A DNA stretch of 64,000 nt from the sequence record NZ_CP137560.1. One strand, 5' to 3'. Below are positions 7,078 to 15,784 of the stretch, in pieces. The stretch comes from a plasmid. How positions within the stretch are numbered: the stretch's first letter is position 1; the number at the start of each line of letters is the position of its first letter. The position numbers and the translations under genes are program-made. The notes beneath the pieces were generated by a model, which was not told the origin of the DNA, did not search any database, and saw only the letters and a list, made by a program, of their open reading frames with translations.

Positions 7078-9979
7078 GATTTTTCTTGTCTTTAAAATTG
7101 AATACCTTTTGTTCCTTGAGAACAAGTTGGGCAAACTCCAGTGGCTTCTTTATGCCACTGAGTTTCCAGTCTCTGACGTAAGTCTCAAGTGCTACCTGAT
7201 AGTTCGAACGAAGCATTTTTTTATATAGCTTTAGAGCTTCCTTCTCTTGCTTTTCAGTGGTATACGCCATGTAGCACTCCGGTGGTTCCTCCACGCCAAA
7301 GACATCACCCACCAAACCGCGCTTGATGAAAACTTCCATGAAAGGAGAGCGATTGTCCTTATTGTCCAGGGCATTGATGGTAAATATCTTCTGACAGTCA
7401 TTATCTGTCAGCGCCAAGGCAGCCTTGATCTCCGAGAACTTGTCCTTGAACCTGCTCTGGTCCAAAAGCATGAACACATCTGAATTATTCACGATTGCTT
7501 CCTTAACAATAGGAGAGGAAGTAATATCCTGGATTTCCTGGGTAACAACACCTACCATCGCCCAATGCTTTCTGGCAGTCTTATAGAGATACTTGATGTA
7601 GTTGGCCATGACTGGAGTGGCGATGGCCTTCCATGCTTCCTCGATAACTAGGCATTTTCGACCTTTTTTAATACGCATTTTCTGCGTAAAGACATCCATG
7701 ATGATGAGGACAATAATAGGAAAGAGCACAGGATCATCCTTTACCTTGTCTATTTCGAAGACTATGAACTTTTCATCGAAAAGTGTACTGTCCAAGTCAT
7801 TGTTCAAAATGTTCTCCTGCTCGCCACCCTTATAATAAGGCTTCAGAATAGCCGCAAAGTCGTGGATGGGAAACTCAATGTTCTGCTGCAAGATGAGCTG
7901 AGGGATTCTCTCCAAGGCAAACTCATAATAAGAGTTGAAGGATAACTCCGCAACCTTTAAGTTCTTTCTTTGTCGTTCGATTTTATCAATCTTACGCTCA
8001 ATCCTCTGCAAGTAGTTTCTCTCCACCAACTCCGGAGTGAGTCTTTGGAGCTGTTTTTGTGCAGCTTCCTTTTCACCCTCTGTGGCAGCACTGTCAACCA
8101 CTAGGGCTTGGAGTTTACTTTTCAAACGTTCATTGCGTTCTATTGATGAATCCTGCTCCAGAGTTTGTTCCATCTTTTCTTCAAACTCTCTTTCATACTG
8201 GTCATATTTTCCATTCTTCTTATCCTCAAGAAGGATGATTTCCTTCATTTGCTTTCTTTCAATAGCATTGAAATGCTCAAAAGGATGGAAATACTCCTCA
8301 TAATACTCCGTAATAGTCTGATTGATAATGGTATCTTCTATCTTGGTAGGATAATCTGTGCCCTTGAAGAGTTGGAAGATAAGGCTCTTGAGAAAATTCT
8401 TCTTCTCGCCAAAGTTCTCCTCATACTCTATCTTGGAAATTTTGAAAGGGTTCATGGAAATAGGTTTTTCCTTACTGTAAGAGATATAAGTTCCCTCAAA
8501 GTAATGACAGATACCCTCATAGCTATCTCCAGTATCCACAATTACGATATCTGTATCTTGTTCAAAATACTGTCTCATCACGGTGTTCATAAAGAAACTC
8601 TTGCCGCTTCCAGAGGGACCAAGGACGAAGAAATTGGCATTGTTGGTATATTTAACCTTACCTTCTTTTCCTGTGGTGTCTATAGGCAATGGCACTCCTT
8701 GTCGGTCAGTATAGTAGCATTTCAAGGGTGAATCATCTCCTTTTTGCTGGTGCTCCTTATACATCAAACATAAGGCTGGCTCGGACAAGGTGAGGAACCT
8801 GTCATAATCCGGATTCAGCTTGAAGCAATTCCCAGGAAAGCTTGCCACGAAGAGTTCTAGCTGGTTATAGGCTCTCTTGGAAATGTGTATGTTGTGCTTG
8901 GAAAAGAGATTCTCCAAGGCATTTGTAGCCTTTTGGAAATCCTTACCTCCATCCAGTTTGATGACCATGTTATAGTGGGCATATACAAGCGTCTTGCCGT
9001 TGCGGGCTATTTCAGATTGCACCTTATTGATGTCCTCAACGGCAATCTGATTGTTAGAATTAGGAATGGAAGCATGTCTGTTCTTTTTCTTGTCCAGTTT
9101 CATCATCTCCTTTTTTTGGTTAGGAAGAAAGATGACCTGATTATATACCAAGGTATCTACATCACCAAGGCTATCTATGTTAGATAGTAAGTCTTCTGAG
9201 AAAGACGCATTGCCCACTTGATTCTCAGAGAAAGGACGAATCGTGCCAGGAAGTCCAGCTTGGTCCACATCCAAAAGACTATAGACCTTGACATGCTCGT
9301 TTCCCATACCTATTTCCTCGTTGGTAACCTTAAAGTTACTCATGGCTACTGTCTCATGCTTGAAGTCCATGGCAAAAAAGCGCTCGGTAAATTCCCTGCA
9401 ATCTTCTGCGCTAAGGAAACTGCATTCCACATTGTAACCTGTTAAACGGTCCGCAACTTTCTGGAGCTTGACCAAGAAATCCTTCCATTTTGCACTATCA
9501 TAGCTATGAATACTACCATTCTTACCTTTTTGGGTAACAATGAGATAAGTGAAATGCTCCGTATAAGTGCGTCCATTGAAGAAACGGAAATAAGAATCAG
9601 AAAGGAATCTTTTCGATGGATCTCTATCCTCCAAGGATGATATTTTTTTCATATCAAAGCGCTTGCGAACAAATATATCTTGCTTATGAAGGGCATAGCC
9701 TTCACCCAATATTTGCAGGATAGAGGCAAACAAAGTTGTGAAATCATAATAGCTGCTCTTCTCGGCAGAATACTTTCTTACGGGATTCGTCATTTTCAAG
9801 ATGGCAGAATAGTCTCCTCCCTTTGTATAGACAATTCCCATATCATTTGTATCCTCCACGCTGAAATAAATGTCCTCAAATATCTTGGCTCTTTTACCTC
9901 CGGTGCCAAAGGCATAAACAGAAATGGCCATACCTATGGAGATAGCCACGAGGATTGTTATCACTGCGATTGCAACCAT
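7067..9979 (-). CDS. traG: conjugative transfer ATPase TraG (VirB4-like) of Bacteroidetes conjugative transposons
   Basis: 970 aa; N-terminal TM segment; Walker A GPSGSGKS; Walker B-like CLVIEEAWKA; overall TraG/VirB4 family architecture. Confidence 0.9.
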   Translation of the reverse strand: MVAIAVITILVAISIGMAISVYAFGTGGKRAKIFEDIYFSVEDTNDMGIVYTKGGDYSAILKMTNPVRKYSAEKSSYYDFTTLFASILQILGEGYALHKQDIFVRKRFDMKKISSLEDRDPSKRFLSDSYFRFFNGRTYTEHFTYLIVTQKGKNGSIHSYDSAKWKDFLVKLQKVADRLTGYNVECSFLSAEDCREFTERFFAMDFKHETVAMSNFKVTNEEIGMGNEHVKVYSLLDVDQAGLPGTIRPFSENQVGNASFSEDLLSNIDSLGDVDTLVYNQVIFLPNQKKEMMKLDKKKNRHASIPNSNNQIAVEDINKVQSEIARNGKTLVYAHYNMVIKLDGGKDFQKATNALENLFSKHNIHISKRAYNQLELFVASFPGNCFKLNPDYDRFLTLSEPALCLMYKEHQQKGDDSPLKCYYTDRQGVPLPIDTTGKEGKVKYTNNANFFVLGPSGSGKSFFMNTVMRQYFEQDTDIVIVDTGDSYEGICHYFEGTYISYSKEKPISMNPFKISKIEYEENFGEKKNFLKSLIFQLFKGTDYPTKIEDTIINQTITEYYEEYFHPFEHFNAIERKQMKEIILLEDKKNGKYDQYEREFEEKMEQTLEQDSSIERNERLKSKLQALVVDSAATEGEKEAAQKQLQRLTPELVERNYLQRIERKIDKIERQRKNLKVAELSFNSYYEFALERIPQLILQQNIEFPIHDFAAILKPYYKGGEQENILNNDLDSTLFDEKFIVFEIDKVKDDPVLFPIIVLIIMDVFTQKMRIKKGRKCLVIEEAWKAIATPVMANYIKYLYKTARKHWAMVGVVTQEIQDITSSPIVKEAIVNNSDVFMLLDQSRFKDKFSEIKAALALTDNDCQKIFTINALDNKDNRSPFMEVFIKRGLVGDVFGVEEPPECYMAYTTEKQEKEALKLYKKMLRSNYQVALETYVRDWKLSGIKKPLEFAQLVLKEQKVFNFKDKKNHDA

Positions 9980-10007
9980 TGTTAGTTATTTTATTTGAAA
10001 TTTAAAT

Positions 10008-10307
10008 TTAATATTTATATGAATGGGCAAAGATAAAAATGCCCTTTGGCGTCTTTTTGGTATGGAGTCCCTTATGCTGCTTGATGAAAATCATGGTTCC
10101 ACCCACACCTACCATCGTGGTAAGGAGAATGAGTCCTACCAAAAAGCCAAAAACAATATAGCCTGCAAGAAAGGATAGCAGCCCTCCTCCCACGGCTCCT
10201 GCGGCCCAATAGATGTATCTTCCCTTCAGTCCCATGAATTCAAGGGGCTTTTGAAGCCCCTTGAAAACAGGGAAATCTGGGAATTTCTCCTGTTCTGCTG
10301 TATTCAT
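10008..10307 (-). CDS. traF: conjugative transposon protein TraF (DUF4133-like small membrane protein)
   Basis: 99 aa, two TM helices, FKGL..PLEFMGL motif; immediately upstream of traG as in CTnDOT-type operons. Confidence 0.7.
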   Translation of the reverse strand: MNTAEQEKFPDFPVFKGLQKPLEFMGLKGRYIYWAAGAVGGGLLSFLAGYIVFGFLVGLILLTTMVGVGGTMIFIKQHKGLHTKKTPKGIFIFAHSYKY

Positions 10308-10317
10308 AAACTAATGA

Positions 10318-10578
10318 TTACAGACCAAAGAACAAAGGCAAGCTCTGAGCTGCGGCAATGAGGAAGATACAAGCACCTACTATCAGCATGATGCTCTTCT
10401 TGAAATCTTGCTGATTGTTCGTAACGTACTGATAATCAACACTGATTGGAATGATAAAATGACGAAAGAAACAAATTAGGAACAACATAATTGAGAAACC
10501 CCAAAATGAAAGTATGGGAAAACAAAAATTAACATAGAAAACAACGGAATTTTTCCGATTTTGGCATTCATAAATCAA
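10318..10578 (-). CDS. traE: chimeric TraE (DUF4134) ORF: authentic traE 3' end (10318..~10403) fused in frame to a repeat-encoded surrogate N-terminus
   Basis: C-terminus SIMLIVGACIFLIAAAQSLPLFFGL matches the TraE/DUF4134 C-terminal consensus; N-terminal 58 aa are encoded by the 248-bp repeat and recur verbatim at 13234..13608. Confidence 0.5.
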   Translation of the reverse strand: MIYECQNRKNSVVFYVNFCFPILSFWGFSIMLFLICFFRHFIIPISVDYQYVTNNQQDFKKSIMLIVGACIFLIAAAQSLPLFFGL

Positions 10579-10651
10579 CTACAAAAGAAGAATCTTATAA
10601 GTAGGTACATCTGTTTTCATTTTAACAGAATATAGTGATATGCAAGATAAA
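10404..10651. repeat. ~248-bp direct repeat, copy A (left end of the insertion in traE); carries a traE-like 5' coding segment
   Basis: Near-identical (a handful of mismatches) to 13434..13682; identity starts right after a TCTTGA at 10398..10403 and ends at gataaag. Confidence 0.85.
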
Positions 10652-10822
10652 GAGGGAAAGAGTCACTGTAAATCATACAAAAATCAATGGGATTTCCAAT
10701 TAGACAAATTATTTTCGCTTTTTATAATGATTTTCGGATTTAACAAACGATATTTGGAGAAGAATGAGTATTTTTGCAACCGAAAACAAAAATAATATAC
10801 GCAATGGCTTACGGAAAATCGT

Positions 10823-11020
10823 TTGTCAAGATTCCAAAATAGAATCACTCCGTCTTGGATAAAAGATATGGGGGAAAACGAGATTTTTGTGTTTGCCAGT
10901 AATGTCAACGGTTATCATGGAGGTGGACCTCATGTGAATTTTGAAACACTGAAGCCAAATCCCAACAAACCTGGAAAGATGATGGTTGATCAAAATTATC
11001 ATGTTTTCATAACCGAATAA
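10823..11020 (+). CDS. hypothetical small protein
   Basis: First ORF of a same-strand run of short AT-rich ORFs between the repeats. Confidence 0.25.
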   Translation: MSRFQNRITPSWIKDMGENEIFVFASNVNGYHGGGPHVNFETLKPNPNKPGKMMVDQNYHVFITE

Positions 11021-11024
11021 TAGA

Positions 11025-11285
11025 ATGAAAAAAGTCACATTAAATGTTCCGAATTATTCCCCTGATACCGGAGTGGCACTCAATTGGGAAGGTAATTTCA
11101 CAATTAAGGTCTCCGATATAAATGGGAGCGTCTCAATTGAGGCTAATACCGAGGGATTAGTTTCTTTAGCAAATCACTTGCTAAATTTATCCCAATCATC
11201 GGTTCCTATAGGAACTCATCTTCATCTTGATGAGTACAACTCTCTTGAAGAAGGATCTTTAGATTTAATAATCGAAAAGATTTGA
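11025..11285 (+). CDS. hypothetical small protein (immunity-protein-like size)
   Basis: 86 aa, 4-bp spacing from the upstream ORF. Confidence 0.3.
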   Translation: MKKVTLNVPNYSPDTGVALNWEGNFTIKVSDINGSVSIEANTEGLVSLANHLLNLSQSSVPIGTHLHLDEYNSLEEGSLDLIIEKI

Positions 11286-11348
11286 TTCCAATAAGTCTGT
11301 TTATGGGTCTGACAATACGATCCATAAACAAATCTAATAGATTAACAG

Positions 11349-11699
11349 ATGATTGAAGATATGTTCTTTTGCGTTCTTTCAATTGTAGTGGGAGGCTATT
11401 TAGTGTCTCAAAAATTAAGAGCTATTTATAATAGACTCCCCCTTTCTCTAAAAGATAAGATTTCTTTTGGGGAAGGACTCATCCTAATTATATCTGGGTT
11501 CATTGCATTATATGTGAAATCGGCTATACCAATTAATGCTTTGCTTTTTGGGTGTTTCCTACTTCCGAAAATGTATCAACAAGAAAAGTATTGGAATGCT
11601 CGTCGTTTTACAACCGCATACATAATGCATTGTAGCGGTTGGATTTTAAGTATAGGGCTTATTATCTATGGTATTCTCCAATTATTTCAGCCTATATAA
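11349..11699 (+). CDS. hypothetical small membrane protein
   Basis: 116 aa with 3-4 predicted TM helices. Confidence 0.35.
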   Translation: MIEDMFFCVLSIVVGGYLVSQKLRAIYNRLPLSLKDKISFGEGLILIISGFIALYVKSAIPINALLFGCFLLPKMYQQEKYWNARRFTTAYIMHCSGWILSIGLIIYGILQLFQPI

Positions 11700-11740
11700 A
11701 TTGTAAGAACATAGATTAGTTCAACAATAAAACAAATTCA

Positions 11741-12118
11741 GTGAGGCTATGTTTAAAAAAAATTGAAAATCGAATTGTTATCACACCGCCTTCAGGCATG
11801 ACTGTTGAGCAATTTGATGAGATGGTTATTAAAACAGGTAATAGCTTTGGAAATAATCCCAATATTACATACTGTTTAGAGCCATTCGAACAAACACAAG
11901 GTAATTGTAATTCAAGTTCAAGTACGTTGCTTTATAAAGCGGGGGTTCCTTTAAGTAGGATAAAGGATTTGAGGAAGCAAATATCAGGTTTTGTTTGGGG
12001 ATTTGGTGATATTAAACCGTGGACAGTAGAGGAACAGTCAAAAGCTGTTCAGAGGCAGAGGGAATTCGACCAACTCCGTAATGAAATGATGAACACAATC
12101 ATCCTTAACAAATATTAA
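11741..12118 (+). CDS. hypothetical protein
   Basis: 125 aa; stop overlaps start of next ORF (taaATG). Confidence 0.3.
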   Translation: MRLCLKKIENRIVITPPSGMTVEQFDEMVIKTGNSFGNNPNITYCLEPFEQTQGNCNSSSSTLLYKAGVPLSRIKDLRKQISGFVWGFGDIKPWTVEEQSKAVQRQREFDQLRNEMMNTIILNKY

Positions 12119-12595
12119 ATGAGAAAATTGAGTTTTAAAATGGTCATAAGAGCATATTTAATATGTGCTCTTATGACATCAATATTAGGAATTATATCAT
12201 GCAGTGTTCATGACATAATAAATTGGTTTCCAATCGTATTACTTTATGCTTGGATAATATTGTCTCCAATATCTATTTTAGCATTGATAACTGTATATTT
12301 ATTGGGAGTTCAAAGAGATTGGATTTGTAAGATACCGTTAATTTGCTTATGCGCATTTATAGTATATTTTATAAACCTAAACTCATCAGAATCTTATTTG
12401 ATTAATTTTTTTGCAACCCAAACCGTACCATATGACCTTCTATATTACAATAATGGAATAGAGATAAGGGTCAATGACACTATTTTTTCTATTTTCACAT
12501 GGGTATTATCGTATTTTATATTAGTATTGCTTATTGTTATATCTACAATTATGTATAGATTTTTTAAAAAGCATAGCAAAATAAAATTATTCTAA
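12119..12595 (+). CDS. hypothetical polytopic membrane protein
   Basis: 158 aa, at least four hydrophobic helices. Confidence 0.35.
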   Translation: MRKLSFKMVIRAYLICALMTSILGIISCSVHDIINWFPIVLLYAWIILSPISILALITVYLLGVQRDWICKIPLICLCAFIVYFINLNSSESYLINFFATQTVPYDLLYYNNGIEIRVNDTIFSIFTWVLSYFILVLLIVISTIMYRFFKKHSKIKLF

Positions 12596-12639
12596 AATAA
12601 AGTGTTCTCATTAGTGATGATACTAAATCATTCTGTACA

Positions 12640-13434
12640 ATGCTCACCATCCAGCACAGCGGCCCAGACGGTGAGATTACCACCACCTTCGAGTACGACG
12701 GCATACAGCGCCTTGTTCGTGTCACCGACATGGAGGGCAATGTAACGACCTCTACTTACGACATGGGTGACCGCCGTACTGAGGTGAACCATCCTGCAAG
12801 CGGCATCACAAGTTTCACTTATGATGCGCTCGGCAATGTGCAGACTAAGCAGACTGCCAACCTTGCCAAGGAAGGAAAGTTCATTACTTACGATTACGAC
12901 TATCAGCGTCTGACGGGTATCAACTACCCAGACCATCCGGAGAACAACGTGAAGTATTACTATGGTGGTCGCAACGCCTCTCAGAACCGTATCGGTAGAT
13001 TGATGCTCCGCGAGGACGGAACAGGTGCCATTGAGTATTTCTATGGCAAGATTGGCGAGGTGACGAAGACCCGCCGCACGATGATTGTGCCTAACCAGGC
13101 GATAGCAACCTACGTGACGCAATGGACTTACGACAGCCACAACCGTCTGTTGGAGATGATTTATCCTGATGAGGAGAAAATCACTTACTCTTACAATCTC
13201 GGTGGTCAGCTTGAAAAGGTCCATGGCTACAAGTCATACGGCTATGACTATGTGAGCAAGATTGGCTATGACAAGTTCGAGCAGCGCAGCTACCTGAAGT
13301 ATTGCAACGGCGCGGAGACATTCTACACCTTCGACAACCGCCGCCGTCTCAGCAATCTCGCGGTCAACAGCGGCAACACGTCCATCATGGACAATGACTA
13401 TACGTTTGACGCGGTGAGCAATGTCCTCTCTTGA
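12640..13434 (+). pseudogene. RHS/YD-repeat protein fragment (internal repeat region only; no N-terminus, no C-terminal tip)
   Basis: Repeated YD motifs (FEYDGIQRL, STYDMGDRR, FTYDALGNV, ITYDYDYQRL, WTYDSHNRL, YTFDNRRRL); abrupt GC-rich block in AT-rich surroundings; terminated by stop inside the TCTTGA junction with repeat B. Confidence 0.7.
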
Positions 13435-13682
13435 ATCTTGCTGATTGTTCGTAACGTACTGATAATCAACACTGATTGGAATGATAAAATGACGAAAGAA
13501 ACAAATTAGGAACAACATAATTGAGAAAACCCCCAAAAAAAGTATGGGAAAACAAAAATTAACATGGAAAACAACGAAATTTTTCCGATTTTGGCATTCA
13601 TAAATCAACTACAAAAGAAGAATCTTATAAGTAGGCACATCTGTTTTCATTTTAACAGAATATAGTGATATGCAAGATAAAG
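13434..13682. repeat. ~248-bp direct repeat, copy B (left end of the integrase-bearing element)
   Basis: Near-identical to 10404..10651; preceded by TCTTGA (13429..13434). Confidence 0.85.
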
Positions 13683-13818
13683 GTAACTATTCAGTTCACC
13701 ACTACACAGAATGATAAGATTGCTTAATAAATACGAAATAGTATAAACTTGTTTAATAAAAATAACAACATGTTTGTTTTTGGACTATATTTACAACAAA
13801 TTTTAAAATTTATCAATT

Positions 13819-14178
13819 ATGTATATGGCTAATACTGCTACGGATACGTTGTCAACGGAAACCATGAATCCTCCAAAAGGTTCTTATGTCAATATGGTTG
13901 GTCAAGCGACAGGGAAAAGAGTAAGTGGAACTATCTCCAATGTTTCATATGATGTTCTTAATGCAAGTAAGAAAGTGTTGCTTCAAGATGTTTATCTTGC
14001 GACATATACTTCAAAAAGCGGTGATAGTGGGGGTATTGTATATGCTCTACGTTCAGCACACAATCAACGTCTAACTGTAGGTATAAATATAGGTTCTGCA
14101 AAAATTAACCGTACTACTTATGGCATGTGTGTAAAAGCATCGAATATAAATAGAATTTTTGGACTTACAAGATACTAA
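13819..14178 (+). CDS. orphan C-terminal half of a trypsin/chymotrypsin-fold serine protease domain (possible toxin-tip fragment)
   Basis: KSGDSGGIVY (GDSGG serine nucleophile motif) followed by GINIGSA, but no upstream His/Asp barrel; only 119 aa. Confidence 0.4.
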   Translation: MYMANTATDTLSTETMNPPKGSYVNMVGQATGKRVSGTISNVSYDVLNASKKVLLQDVYLATYTSKSGDSGGIVYALRSAHNQRLTVGINIGSAKINRTTYGMCVKASNINRIFGLTRY

Positions 14179-14187
14179 AGGGCTGTC

Positions 14188-14697
14188 ATGAATTTCTTAT
14201 TTAAGACATTTTGCATTATGGTCATATTCACGATGTTCGTGGATATGACCGCTCTAAGTAATAACATAACGAATAGAGATGGTTTATGGCGTGTTGATTC
14301 AGACTCCGTCACAATTACCACAAGCTATAGTGAGAAACAGCCAGAAAAATTAAATGTATGCATTTATAATCACAGCAATTCGACGATATATATAGGGCGA
14401 ACTTATGGATTGTTGATGCAAGTAGATGGGGAATGGAAATACATTGCCAAAGGTAGAAATCAAAAGTGCATAACTATATGGCCAGCGTCAAAACGTAACT
14501 TTCAAGTCAGTCTATGCGCTAAGAAAATAAAAAGCTCCTCTGGATGGGCATATAGAACAGATTCACTTTACAAAGTAAGATTTGACATGTATGACAGCGA
14601 TGGCGTTTTTATTGACAAAATGGACTCTGATTTCAAAGTTTCTGGTAATATTGTTTGGCATCTGACTGACGGATTAGTGATTATACATTTAGATTGA
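14188..14697 (+). CDS. secreted/membrane-anchored hypothetical protein (candidate immunity partner)
   Basis: N-terminal hydrophobic signal/anchor MNFLFKTFCIMVIFTMFVDMTALS; 10-bp spacing from the upstream ORF. Confidence 0.4.
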   Translation: MNFLFKTFCIMVIFTMFVDMTALSNNITNRDGLWRVDSDSVTITTSYSEKQPEKLNVCIYNHSNSTIYIGRTYGLLMQVDGEWKYIAKGRNQKCITIWPASKRNFQVSLCAKKIKSSSGWAYRTDSLYKVRFDMYDSDGVFIDKMDSDFKVSGNIVWHLTDGLVIIHLD

Positions 14698-14706
14698 ATA
14701 TTCCAA

Positions 14707-15111
14707 ATGCGACATCTCAATTCTTCAATATACGTAGATTGGTTGGATCCATCAATGCCCGCTCGTACATGTGGAAGAACAGCAGAAAATATAAAAGAGA
14801 AAATAAAAAAATATGATAAGTTTATACTTGTTGCTACAGAAGGTGCTATTGCGTCAAAATGGTGCAATTGGGAATTAGGCTTTGGTGATGCTCAAAAGTA
14901 TGCTTACGGTAAAATAGCCTTATTTCCTATCCGTTATGACGAAAAGGATTGGTCAGAAAGTGAATACTTAGAACTATATCCTGTTATAGGATATATTGAT
15001 AGTTGTCAATATTCGGATGAGTTTAATCAATCCCTTTTTACAGGTTATTATGTTTTTTGTCATTATGGCACGAAGAAGGCAATAAAATTGGTTGATTGGT
15101 TATCGAGATAA
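14707..15111 (+). CDS. TIR-like domain protein (stand-alone, 134 aa)
   Basis: KFILVATEGAIASKWCNWEL closely resembles the TIR alphaC-region motif (cf. [20 protein letters not shown] in TLR TIR domains); size matches a single TIR domain. Confidence 0.4.
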   Translation: MRHLNSSIYVDWLDPSMPARTCGRTAENIKEKIKKYDKFILVATEGAIASKWCNWELGFGDAQKYAYGKIALFPIRYDEKDWSESEYLELYPVIGYIDSCQYSDEFNQSLFTGYYVFCHYGTKKAIKLVDWLSR

Positions 15112-15169
15112 TAATAGAAATCGCCTAACTTTAAGTGCAAACTTAATGTTAGGCAGTAACTCGTCTATC

Positions 15170-15772
15170 TCATATATAGTTCTGTGCAATTATCATTCCA
15201 ACACCTCCTGCAACAACAAAGATACCAATCGTGAAGAAAAAACAAAAGAACCATTGTGCATAGTGACCGAGATAGCAACCATCATATTCCTTGTAGCGTT
15301 CACGGACTTTCTTCCGTTCATCGGCAAACATGGAATTGACCTCACGGATATGCATCTGCATCTGTGCGGTCATCCATTGGCGTTCTTTGGCAAACAGTTC
15401 TTGGATTTTCTGCCAGTCAGCATCATTGACATTTACAGACACCTTTAATTTAGTGGAAGCATTCTCCAAGACCTTGTCTATGTGCTGATTGATGGTATCT
15501 ACCTTTTTGCCGATGGTAGTCACAGCACCACCCAATTGAACTTCCGAACGCTGATACTGCTGAATGGCAGACTCCAGTTCAAGTGTGGCATTGATGAAGG
15601 TGTCGGTTGCCTTATCAATGTCCTTACTCAACTGCTTCAACTCAGGAACACGGTTTACAAGTCCGTCTTCGGCTTGCTGTTCCTCGACCTCGTTTTCGAC
15701 ATCATTCATCATGTTGTCGAAGTCGGATCTTTCTTCTGTGTCTATGTTTATCTTGCTTTTTCTGATTGCCAT
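15170..15772 (-). CDS. hypothetical coiled-coil protein with C-terminal TM anchor, downstream of relaxase
   Basis: 200 aa, acidic coiled-coil N-terminus, hydrophobic C-terminal ~35 aa; 12-bp gap after relaxase. Confidence 0.4.
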   Translation of the reverse strand: MAIRKSKINIDTEERSDFDNMMNDVENEVEEQQAEDGLVNRVPELKQLSKDIDKATDTFINATLELESAIQQYQRSEVQLGGAVTTIGKKVDTINQHIDKVLENASTKLKVSVNVNDADWQKIQELFAKERQWMTAQMQMHIREVNSMFADERKKVRERYKEYDGCYLGHYAQWFFCFFFTIGIFVVAGGVGMIIAQNYI

Positions 15773-15784
15773 ATTGTTATTGAT

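Noticed and set aside
12628-13224. 198-aa minus-strand ORF
   Set aside because: Antisense of the RHS/YD-repeat fragment; GC-rich sequence gives long spurious open frames.
13234-13608. 124-aa minus-strand ORF
   Set aside because: Chimeric: its first 58 codons come from repeat copy B, and it then reads antisense through the GC-rich RHS fragment. It has no independent support.
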